NCBI GenBank assembly: GCA_002269645.1
Contig: NIVC01000200.1
Span: 1 to 64,000, forward strand
DNA length: 64,000 nucleotides
Direction: 5' to 3'
DNA from: Macrostomum lignano
Lineage: Eukaryota
The notes under the pieces are model-generated. The model was given only the letters and a program-made list of their open reading frames with translations, did no database searches and had not been told where the DNA came from. Position numbers and translations under genes: made by a program. The first letter of the stretch is position 1, and each line of letters begins with the position of its first letter. Positions 1 through 9,560 of the stretch are shown here, piece after piece.

Positions 1-149
1 TTTGCTTATTTTTAGGTTTGCATAATTAAGCTAAAGAGAGTAAATCCAGAAAAAGAGATGCTAAGCTGTGGACAAGAATGACGCTTAGCACCTCTCCACA
101 GACAATCCCGTTTCTGGTTTATCCAGCCTGGGCTGGTGCACATTTTCGT

Positions 150-575
150 TGGGAGGCCGTAATTACGTGCTGGCTGCTGTCTGGTGCAGGTGCAATTGCG
201 CGCGTGCACTATCCCTGGATGATAACGCTGAAGCAAAGCTTTTTAAGCCCAGGCCGATAGCATACGGATATCGAGATGCTGTTAAGGAACGCCGAGACCT
301 GGACGCTGACGAATCGCTCGAACAGCAGGGTCGATGCGGCGCACGCTGGCCTGCTGCGCGCCGCCTTCAAGATCGGTTACGAAGCGAGTCACCAAATGCG
401 GCACTCTATTGCTGCACCGGCCTGCTCCGTCCAAGCGAGCTGTTGTCCGTCGGCGACTCCAGCTGGCAGGCCATATTTATCCGAGCCGAGTCGTACTGCC
501 CACAGCCGGTGCAGGAGGTGCTGCTGCTGACGCTGCAAGCACCCTACCGGCGGGGGAAGCAGTGGATGACACCCT
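150..575 (+). pseudogene. Frameshifted C-terminal fragment of an RTE-like LINE ORF (second copy about 2545-2975)
   Basis: Stitching frames gives LLRNAETWTLT..RVDAAHAGLLRAAFKIG..TGLLRPSELL..RRRLQLAGH..RAESYCPQPVQEVLLLTLQAPYRRG, which resembles the post-RT region of RTE-clade LINEs (recalled). Confidence 0.55.
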
Positions 576-580
576 AAATT

Positions 581-1005
581 GTGCGCCTAGATTCTACAAA
601 CACTATGTTGACCGACACTTTTGCCATTTTCAAAGCGAACTCGTATCATGAACGGTTTCTTACCGCTCTGAACTCACTCATAAAAACATCCAGACTTAGC
701 ATACCGGAATCAATGTACATCAAGAATAAAAAAACAAGTCTCAATGTCCAGCTTATTCACAGTGGTGCGGGTCATTTGTTCAAGGTATTCTTAGTGTAGG
801 CACGAAGCATTGTAGTGCGCCCGCCTGTTTAAAACTTCCATCCAATGTACCTTCATAATTGGACAATCTGCCCCCCTTTGGACTGTACAGAAACTTTTCT
901 TATATAATTTGATGCATACGTGAAAAATAAAATATATCTCAGACGCTGAACATGGCCGCTGACTAAACCAAACGCGTTGGCTGACTGATTTAATTAAAGC
1001 AATCT
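581..1005 (+). mobile_element. Penelope-like 3' remnant: GIY-YIG tail plus decayed hammerhead-like motif (second copy about 2980-3410)
   Basis: RLSIPESMYIKNKKTSLNVQL resembles the Penelope GIY-YIG C-terminus. CTGAACATGGCC..AACCAAACGCGTTG at 946-979 resembles CTGAAGA-GGCC..GGCC-GAAAC. Confidence 0.4.
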
Positions 1006-1478
1006 ATGTTGGTTTGTTATTTATATTTCTGTGCTTACTCAAGCGAGCTACTTTTAGCTCAACAAAAGCTTCTGATGCATTCGACCTCTACGTTATGTCG
1101 GATATACGTTCAACTCTAGTTGTTGCCTTGATAGGGTTGATTCTGGGCATCTCTGCACTTCGCACCGACAATGATATTGTCATTTTGTTGGATTAAAATA
1201 GCAACAATGCAATTAACCGGTTCTCTCTCTCTCTCTCGCTCTCTCTTGCTCTCTTTCTCTGTCGTTTGGAGCCATTCGACACTCATCTAATACCCAAAAA
1301 GGAAATAATAAAAAAGACAATGAACGAACAGCTTCAACGGAAATAATAACGCATACTTCCTTTCAATCGGTTTATTTTTCAGTTTTGAATCAACTGAATC
1401 GCAGGTTGTCAAAACGCACTCCTCCTATTCTAGGACAATCGACGTCATGCTTCCATCGTTCCCTTAATTAAAACAGAT

Positions 1479-1664
1479 TTATCCGCCATATCCTTCGCAA
1501 GGTACAAAATCCCCTGCGCCAGCGCAACCCAAACCGCTATTACATAATTCAGGATAGCTGATGTAGCAGACTTCTTGCAAGCAGTAACAGCCTTGTCCAT
1601 TGGCTGAATATGCTGCAAACGCAAGAAGCAACACCAGAAGAGAGAGGAAAGCTAGTCTCTGCAT
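1479..1664 (-). CDS. Secreted cysteine-rich peptide precursor, 61 aa (copy 1)
   Basis: MQRLAFLSLLVLLLAFAAYSANG is a signal-like stretch, followed by QGCYCLQEVCYISYPELCNSGLGCAGAGDFVPCEGYGG with 6 Cys. TATA-like box upstream and AATAAA downstream. Confidence 0.7.
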   Translation of the reverse strand: MQRLAFLSLLVLLLAFAAYSANGQGCYCLQEVCYISYPELCNSGLGCAGAGDFVPCEGYGG

Positions 1665-1753
1665 TGAACGGCGCTTGTTGCGATAAAAAAGGGACAAAAC
1701 TTGCTGTCTCTTAGTGATTTCAATCAGCAATACTGCCAAATGCCCATGCAAGG

Positions 1754-1760
1754 CTATATA
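1754..1760 (-). promoter_or_regulatory. TATA-like box of the peptide gene (polyA signal at 1371-1376)
   Basis: TATATAG on the minus strand about 90 nt upstream of the ATG. AATAAA about 100 nt after the stop, followed by a T-rich tract. Confidence 0.45.
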
Positions 1761-3883
1761 GAAAATCAGTCCGGATGCGATAAGCAGATTTATTATCGGA
1801 AAGCTCCTTATTTGTATACACTGCATATACACACGCACACGCCTAGTAGCGATTATTGGTCGGACACACAATCTGAAAGATTTAGAAATTAGCGATGTTG
1901 AATGAACAGGAAAGGCGATAAAGGTAAACAGGCAGAGCACTACGGTAGGAGCACTAGCAGAATGCCGATTCCGAATGCAGAGTTGCGTTAAGAAATTTCC
2001 ACTGACACTGGCAGGTGGAGTTCTGGCTGATCACCACTTTAGCATCGATAGCATACTATACGAGAGTATTTTAGCACGGCGAGATAGGAAAACGAGTTGA
2101 AGATTGAAGATTTAAGATTGGAGATTGATTGAAGACGGAGCATCATTGACTTTGCTAGGGTAAAATATCCAGCGCGACAGATAAAACATTTTTTATTATC
2201 GATAGGAGATGGACAGGCAAGGTGCAAGGTGAGAATATTGAACATTAATTAGCTAGCCCAGGGAGGTGACGGTAAAATGACTGACCGCAAGCTACGTAGT
2301 GTACAAGTGTACATAAAAGCTGCTTTGACTGGCCGACAAAACCATCAAGACAGCACTGCCTTGCAGCTTAATGAAAAGCGGTAGGCTGTGCGGCATTTTG
2401 CTTATTTTTAGGTTTGCATAATTAAGCTAAAGAGAGTAAATCCAGAAAAGAGATGCTAAGCTGTGGACAAGAATGACGCTTAGCACCTCTCCACAGACAA
2501 TCCCGTTTCTGGTTTATCCAGCCTGGGGCTGGTGCACATTTTCGGTTTGGGAGGCCGTAATTACGTGCTGGCTGCTGTCTGGTGCAGGTGCAATTCGCGC
2601 GTGCACTATCCCTGGATGATAACGCTGAAGCCAAAGCTTTTTAAGCCCAGGCCGATAGCATACGGATATCGAGATGCTGTTAAGGAACGCCGAGACCTGG
2701 ACGCTGACGGAATCGCTCGAACAGCAGGGTCGATGCGGCGCACGCTGGCCTGCTGCGCGCCGCCTTCAAGATCGGTTACGAGCGAGTCACCAATGCGGCA
2801 CTCTATTGCTGCACCGGCCTGCTCCGTCCAAGCGAGCTGTTGTGCCGTCGGCGACTCCAGCTGGCAGGCCATATTTTATCGCGAGCCGAGTCGTACTGCC
2901 CACAGCCGGTGCAGGAGGTGCTGCTGCTGACGCTGCAAGCACCCTACCGTCGGGGAAGCAGTGGATGACACCCTAAATTGTGCGCCTAGATTCTACAAAC
3001 ACTATGTTGACGACACTTTTGCCATTTTCAAAGCGAACTCGTATCATGAACGGTTTCTTACCGCTCTGAACTCCACTCATAAAAACATCCAGACTTAGCA
3101 TACCGGAATCAATGTACATCAAGAATAAAAAAACAAGTCTCAATGTCCAGCTTATTCACAGTGGTGCGGGTCATTTGTTCAAGGTATTCTTAGTGTAGGC
3201 ACGAAGCATTGTAGTGCGCCCGCCTGTTTAAAACTTCCATCCAATGTACCTTCATAATTGGACAATCTGCCCCCCCTTTGGACTGTACAGAAACGTTTTC
3301 TTATATAATTTGATGCATACGTGAAAAAATAAAATATATCTCAGACGCTGAACATGGCCGCTGACTAAACCAAACGCGTTGGCTGACTGATTTAATTAAA
3401 GCAATCTATGTTGGTTTTGTTATTTATATTTCTGTGCTTACTCAAGCGAGCTACTTTTTAGCTCAACAAAAGCTTCTGATGCATTCTGACCTCTACGTTA
3501 TGTCGGATATACGTTCAACTCTAGTTGTTGCCTTGATAGGGTTGATTCTGGCATCTCTGCACTTCGCACCGACAATGATATTGTCATTTTCGTTGGGATT
3601 AAAATAGCAACAATGCAATTAACCGGTTCTCTCTCTCTCTCGCTCTCTCTTGCTCTCTTTCTCTGTCGTTTGGAGCCATTCGACACTCATCTAATACCCA
3701 AAAAGGAAATAATAAAAAAGACAATGAACGAACAGCTTCAACGGAAATAATAACGCATACTTCCTTTCAATCGGTTTATTTTTCAGTTTTGAATCAACTG
3801 AATCGCAGGTTGTCAAAACGCACTCCTCCTATTCTAGGACAATCGACGGTCATGCTTCCATCGTTACCTTAATAAAAACAGAT

Positions 3884-4069
3884 TTATCCGCCATATCCTT
3901 CGCAAGGTACAAAATCCCCTGCGCCAGCGCAACCCAAACCGCTATTACATAATTCAGGATAGCTGATGTAGCAGACTTCTTGCAAGCAGTAACAGCCTTG
4001 TCCATTGGCTGAATATGCTGCAAACGCAAGAAGCAACACCAGAAGAGAGAGGAAAGCTAGTCTCTGCAT
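3884..4069 (-). CDS. Secreted cysteine-rich peptide precursor, 61 aa (copy 2)
   Basis: Protein identical to copy 1. Confidence 0.7.
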   Translation of the reverse strand: MQRLAFLSLLVLLLAFAAYSANGQGCYCLQEVCYISYPELCNSGLGCAGAGDFVPCEGYGG

Positions 4070-4425
4070 TTGAACGGCGCTTGTTGCGATAAAAAAGGGA
4101 CAAAACTTGCTGTCTCTTAGTGATTTCAATCAGCAATACTGCCAAATGCCCATGCAAGGCTATATAGAAAATCAGTCCGGATGCGATAAGCAGATTTATT
4201 ATCGGAAAGCTCCTTATTTGGTATATACTGCATATACACACGCACACGCCTAGTAGCGATTATTGGTCGGACACACAATCTGAAAGAAAAATGTGCAGTT
4301 TTGATGTGACTTACTTCTCTGTTCACGAACCTTCCTCTACAGTTGGCGATCGATCTGGCCGCTGACTTTGTCGATGCACATGCTCTCCTAAGTTCCCAAA
4401 AAGTAATTCAAAAAAACTTTTGAAT

Positions 4426-4784
4426 CAGTGAGACGAAGTCAAGGCAGCTGGCACGAGAGGCGCAGGTTCGAGGCAGGCCCCATTTTACGAGTATTCGAGC
4501 GTATTTATTAACTTATTTTATTGGACTTGAAAAAAAAACTTGGAGGCTTAAAAGCGAAAAAATCGATAAGCGCTTTGCGGGTCAGCAACAGCCCGCTAGG
4601 CATGAATAACCGCCACCCAAGTCGCGGGCACGTGACCTAGGCCCGGCCCACCAACCCCCGCACTAACGCACAAGAGCCACACCCGACTGGTTTAACACCC
4701 AACCAAGCTACGCCCGGTCGGACCATTAAACCAGTGAGACGAAGTCAAGGCAGGGGGCACGAGAGGCGCATGTTCGAGCCAGGC
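4426..4784 (+). repeat. 53-bp imperfect direct repeats (4426-4478 and 4732-4784)
   Basis: CAGTGAGACGAAGTCAAGGCAG..GCACGAGAGGCGCA.GTTCGAG.CAGGC occurs twice. Confidence 0.8.
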
Positions 4785-5330
4785 TCGACTCGAGCCAGAA
4801 TGGTGCGCTCGCCTGCTCGCCCTTACTCTTGCCGTCTCGATTCTCCTGGCACTGCGCCGACTGACTCTGTCTGGTACCTCGGATGACGTTGAAATCATCT
4901 CGCTTGGCCTGCTGGGATAGGGGTGACTGTTCAATTCTTATCTTACAGATAACTTTCGTACTGTCCTTAATTTATTTGTTCCCCTTAGACGCCTTATCTG
5001 TCAATTCTAACTTTTAACTTTCGCCTAGGTTGACGTCTATTCTTTGCTGATTTTTAATCTCTAATATCCAACCTTGAGTCCTGACGATTTTCAACCTACT
5101 AAATATTATTAGCCAGGTGTCTCTGTTAATTGATAATCTTTTGGTCCATCAAGTATAGAAGAACCTTAATCTGTAGATCATGATTTTTAAGTTATTTAGT
5201 TTAATTACATGTACTAAATACAATTTCCCCCAATTTCTTGGTATCTGGTCAGGTAAAAAGCAGGTGGTAGATATACATTTGATAGTACATAAGGTCATGG
5301 TCATTCCGATTGTGCGTCAAATTTCAGTTT

Positions 5331-5430
5331 ATGGCCACCCGTTAGCGGAGCCCATCCCACGCTAAAAATAGCCTGTTAGCGGGGTCCGCCCCACGCTGGG
5401 GTGGGCTCCCTTAGCGCGGGCCAGCCCACA
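5331..5430 (+). repeat. TIR-like segment, inverted relative to 23000-23100
   Basis: GGAGCCCATCCCACGCTAAAAATAGCC is the reverse complement of the sequence at about 23065-23092. Similarity extends about 100 nt. Confidence 0.75.
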
Positions 5431-5689
5431 ATGTTTGGGATATGCCATTGTGGGGCTGTGGAGAAGCAGACGCCGGAACTTGACTCGTATTGGTTGGCAA
5501 GATACATGGCACTAATTCAAAAAAAAAAATTTTCGGCTCCATTGCGTGAGCGCTAATTGCATTGGCCTTGCCGGGGCGCTAAAATTTGTGCCCATGCCCA
5601 AAGGCTGAAATTGGCGCAGCAATGTTGAAATTGGCGCCAAAAAGTAGCAAGCTGATGTATGCTGCCACTTCTGCGTCCATTGGCACATT

Positions 5690-6720
5690 CCAGCGCTGAT
5701 TTAGGGATCCTGGCGCCGATTTGGGGATCCTGGCGCCAATTTGAGCTTTCCGGCGCCGATTTGAGCTTTCCAGCGCTGGTTTAGGCCTTTTGGCGCTGAT
5801 TTCAGCATTCTGGCGCTGATTTAGGGATCCTGGCGCTGATTTGGGGATCCTGGCCACAAATTTGGCTTCTGGCGCCAATTCGAGCCTTCCCGCGCCAATT
5901 TGAGCTTCCAAGGGCTGGTTTGGGCCTTCTGGAGCTGAATCGGCGATCCTGGCGCCAAATTTGGCTTCCGGCGCCAATTCGAGCTTCCCCGAGCCAATTT
6001 TAGCCTTCCAGCGCCGATTTCAGCTTTCCGGGGCTGTTTTGGGCCTTTGGAGCTGATTTGGGGATCCTGGCGCTGATTCGGCGATCCTGACGCCGATATG
6101 GGGATCCTGTCGACAAATTTGGCTTCCGGCGCCAATTCGAGCTTTTCCGCGTCAATTTGAGATTTTCTGGCGCAAATTTAAGCTTCTCGCGCCAATTTGA
6201 GCTTCCCAGGGCTGGTTTGGGCCTTCTTGAGCTGATTTCAGCATTCCGGCGCTGATTTAGGGATCCTGGCGCTGATTTGGGGATCCTGGCGCCAAATTTG
6301 GCTTCCGGCGCCGATTTGAGCTTTACCGCGCCAACTTGAGCTTCCAAGGGCTGGTTCGGTCCTTCTCGAGCTGATTTGGGGATCCTGGCGCTGATTTGGG
6401 GATCCTGGCGCCAAATTTGGCTTCCGGCGCCAATTTGAGCTTTCCGCGCCAATTTGAGCTTTCCCGCGCCAACTTGAGCTTCCAAGGGCTGGTTTGGTCC
6501 TTCTCGAGCTGATTTGGGGATCCTGGCGCTGATTTGGGGATCCTGGCGCTGATTTAGGGATCCTGGCGCTGATTTAGGGATCCTGGCGCTGATTTGGGGA
6601 TCCTGGCGCCAAATTTGGCTTCCGGCACCAACTCGAGCTTTCCCGCGCCAATTTTAGCCTTCCAGCGCCGATTTCAGCTTTCCAGCGCTGGTTTGGGCTT
6701 TTTAGACATGGCTTCAGGGA
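5690..6720. repeat. GC-rich satellite with about 20-bp periodicity and higher-order organisation
   Basis: GGGATCCTGGCGCTGATTT(G/A) runs are interleaved with CCAAATTTGGCTTCCGGCG / CCAATTTGAGCTTTCCCGCG subunits. Confidence 0.9.
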
Positions 6721-8016
6721 TCGCACTGATTTACATCAATTTGGCACTATAAAAATCAAAAGTGTCATTTTTGGATTTGTTATTGATTGTTGTTGATTGT
6801 TGATTGTTTTGTTATTGATTATTTGTCAATAAGGTATGCTCCATTTAGATCACTATTTGCTGAGAGTTGATTGTTTCATTTTATGCGACTCAGGATCTAC
6901 TAAGTATCTACTACCTTGTTATTATAAATTGAGTTATGGTTTACTTTTACGACTTAATTGTGTAACGCCTTTGTGTTAATCTTTTACTCACTTGATGCAC
7001 TGTTAGCGATGATTAGCGATGAGTGCCACAGAATCGCCCAAATCGCTTTTATCGCTTTTTATCACTTTCTCCAGGTCATTCAGTCATGCTACTCTCGTCC
7101 TACCCCCCTCTCTGTATCTCTACCTATTGTCCTATCTCCTCTCCTTTACAGTATATCACTCTTCTAATCTTTCATCACCCTATCCTACAGGAGTGGGTGG
7201 GGGGAGATGGGGCGCATGAGGGTGGGAATCAGAGTTTTCGCAGACGGAAATCTTCATTATGAAGTTTATTAAGCCTTTGAATAGGCCGACCCTCCCCCCC
7301 CCAACTAAATCCGCCCCTGCATGTAATCCCACAAGGTGTAGTATATATAATGTTTGAAAGAATGTTTGATGTTTGACTGTCTAAATGTTTAAAAGACTGC
7401 CAGCTATCATAGAACCAAGAGAAGCTCATTTTGAATCTCAATCCCCGATTCTTAATGACCTATCCCTGATTCCTCATGTTGGAATCAGAATCCCCGATGC
7501 ACGCGAAGGCGTATTCAGCATGCCAGTGAAGTATGAGACAGACTAGGCCCATGGGCTAAGGTCTGCGATGCTTCACGCCTGCCCCTATCTTCAGCAGGTC
7601 AAGGCTGGTGGGAGGTCTGCACCCTCTATTTGCCTCTGGCAGCCGCAGACCCCCCCCCACGCTGTCTCGCAAGTCGACCCAGGGTACTCGTCCCCGCGTG
7701 TGTTCAAGGCAGTCCCTAGGGCTGCTGGACAGACTGGGCTCCGGCGCTGGCGACCCTATCCAGTGGCTTCGGCCGAATTTGGGTATGCGGGTCTGGCTCG
7801 CCAACCTGCAGGCCGTGGTACTGCTCAACGTACTCTCTAATGCCTAAGGTGTTGACCGTGCCGATGGGCTGGAAGGCCGGGGAGTAGTCCGGTCGCAAGC
7901 GGTCCCCCTCCTGGTGTCGGGCCAGCCTTGAGGGTGCTATTGGCCTACTGCCCGGTCAGGTGGAGCGGCCGGGTGGGTACCGCGCCCCTTTGAGGGTAGC
8001 CCACCAACCTTCTATC

Positions 8017-9537
8017 ATGGCCTTCGAGCCGACTATGGATAAACAAGCTATTTCTAGGGATGGGGACCCTTCTAAACCCCAACCTCAGTCCGAAGGACCG
8101 GCCGGCCCTGCTGGCAGATCCCAACCGACTGATTCAACTGTGGCAAAGGAAGGACCGGCTGGCTCTGCTGGCAGATCCGACCAGAGCTACCAAACTCAAA
8201 ATACCCTAAGACCTGCCAGCTCCGCTGGTGGATCTAAGGGAACCGCGAGCTCTGAGCCTAAAGGACCGGCCAAATCTGGCAGATCCGATGAAGCTCAGCG
8301 GGCTCGGCTTGAGCGCAAACGCGCTAAACAACGCGCCAAAAGGCAGGCCAAGAAGGGAGCTGCGGGGGCCAAAGCGGCGGCGTCCACCATGGATGCTGAA
8401 GCGACTGGAGTCCCAAGGCAACCAGGCGGGCCGGCCGGTGGAAGCTCCAGTAGTTCAGCGGCGGCGCTCCCTGGAGCTGCTGCCGCGGCTGCTGAGGCCG
8501 AAACCACGGCGCAACAAATGGCCACTGCCAACAAGGAGGTTCCTTCGGGAGCTACCTTTGCGGCGAAGGCCAAGGCCAAAATCCCGGGAGTGATCATCCA
8601 AGGTCGCGACCAGGACTGGACCACTGATCAGCTTCAAAAAGTGTGGAGTGCTGTTGACTCCTATCTGATTGAGCTGACTGTCGAGGAGGGAATCTCCATC
8701 GGCGTTGAGCGGATGGTGCTGCGAAGCACATTCGTTCTTATTGCTCCTAGCAGCGAGGAGGACGCTCGGCGGCTGCTCCAGCGGCTACCGACGGTCTCCT
8801 TGGATGCTGACCTTGGCGGAGCTCTTTTTCTTCGCGAGGGCCAGCGTCCAAAGACGATACCCTATGTGGTTTTCGTCCCTGCTAAGAGCACCGCAGCTGG
8901 ACCAGACGTTATTCGCCGGGTCCTACTGCGTCTGAACCCCGACCTCCCTGCTAGTGGACTGGTGTATCACCGTAAAGTCCGCAGGGGGGAGACGGGCAAC
9001 TCAATTGTCCTCGGCCTTTCCAGCACTTGGGCGAGTCGGTACCCTAATGGATCCTCTTTCCAGCTGGGTGCCCTCAAGCTCAAGTTGCGCCGAGGAAAGT
9101 CTGCCAAAGGGAAGGCTACTGCCAACCCCGGCATCTCCGGCAAGAGCGGGGCGCAGTCTAAGGCCCAAGGAAAGGCGCAAGCCGATCCCAAAGCCAAAGC
9201 TGCATCTCGCCCCTCTGCTAGCAGCAGTTCGGCGACCGCGGTAACGGCTCCGGCCGAGCCCCGGGAACCAAACCTGCCAGTCGGAGAAGGAGTTGAGGAC
9301 GAGGCCGGGTCTTCGGAATCCGAGCTCTCCTCGGCCACCTTGGTGGGGTCTGAAGGTAAAGATGCAGGTGAGGAAGCTTCCTCCATCCTGTCATCGGAGC
9401 CTGAGGAGTCTGCTGGGGGGCCGGTGGGGGTGAGGAGGCCATGGACGTCGACCAACTCCCATCTCCCAGTCAAGCCCCAGCGGCCTGGGACGAGGACGAT
9501 CTGTTGTCCAAGTCTCCTTGATGGCCCTGGGCTCTAG
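8017..9537 (+). CDS. ORF1 of element A (basic N-terminus; DUF4780-like core by recall; no CCHC)
   Basis: First ATG of the 7960 ORF is at 8017. Contains RAKQRAKRQAKK and a ..LLRLNPDLP.. core typical of Loa ORF1. Confidence 0.75.
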   Translation: MAFEPTMDKQAISRDGDPSKPQPQSEGPAGPAGRSQPTDSTVAKEGPAGSAGRSDQSYQTQNTLRPASSAGGSKGTASSEPKGPAKSGRSDEAQRARLERKRAKQRAKRQAKKGAAGAKAAASTMDAEATGVPRQPGGPAGGSSSSSAAALPGAAAAAAEAETTAQQMATANKEVPSGATFAAKAKAKIPGVIIQGRDQDWTTDQLQKVWSAVDSYLIELTVEEGISIGVERMVLRSTFVLIAPSSEEDARRLLQRLPTVSLDADLGGALFLREGQRPKTIPYVVFVPAKSTAAGPDVIRRVLLRLNPDLPASGLVYHRKVRRGETGNSIVLGLSSTWASRYPNGSSFQLGALKLKLRRGKSAKGKATANPGISGKSGAQSKAQGKAQADPKAKAASRPSASSSSATAVTAPAEPREPNLPVGEGVEDEAGSSESELSSATLVGSEGKDAGEEASSILSSEPEESAGGPVGVRRPWTSTNSHLPVKPQRPGTRTICCPSLLDGPGL

Positions 9538-9560
9538 CCAGATATTGCATTTAATACAGT

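Larger units (their letters stand above)
1..4287. repeat. Near-identical tandem segmental duplication (1-1880 vs 2397-4287)
   Basis: Sequence at position 1 recurs at 2397 and matches to about 1880/4287. Differences are mainly scattered 1-bp indels. Confidence 0.95.

Noticed and set aside
400-470. TGLLRPSELL resembling a tyrosine-recombinase box
   Set aside because: Flanking frames fit an RTE LINE C-terminus better, and no H-x-x-R or Tyr motifs are present.
4460-4480. GTTCGA B-box suggesting a tRNA or SINE
   Set aside because: No A-box or cloverleaf could be built.
5579-6485. 100-160-aa ORFs in the 20-bp satellite
   Set aside because: By-products of stop-poor tandem repeats.
7560-7840. HDV-like L3 heptamers (TTCACGC, TCCCCGC, TCAACGT) in the element A UTR
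   Set aside because: The flanking bases cannot form P3, and no P1/P2 was found.
7885-7970. CCGGTCGCAAGCGG plus GAGCG as a covarying twister
   Set aside because: P4 register, P2 and T2 are not satisfied.
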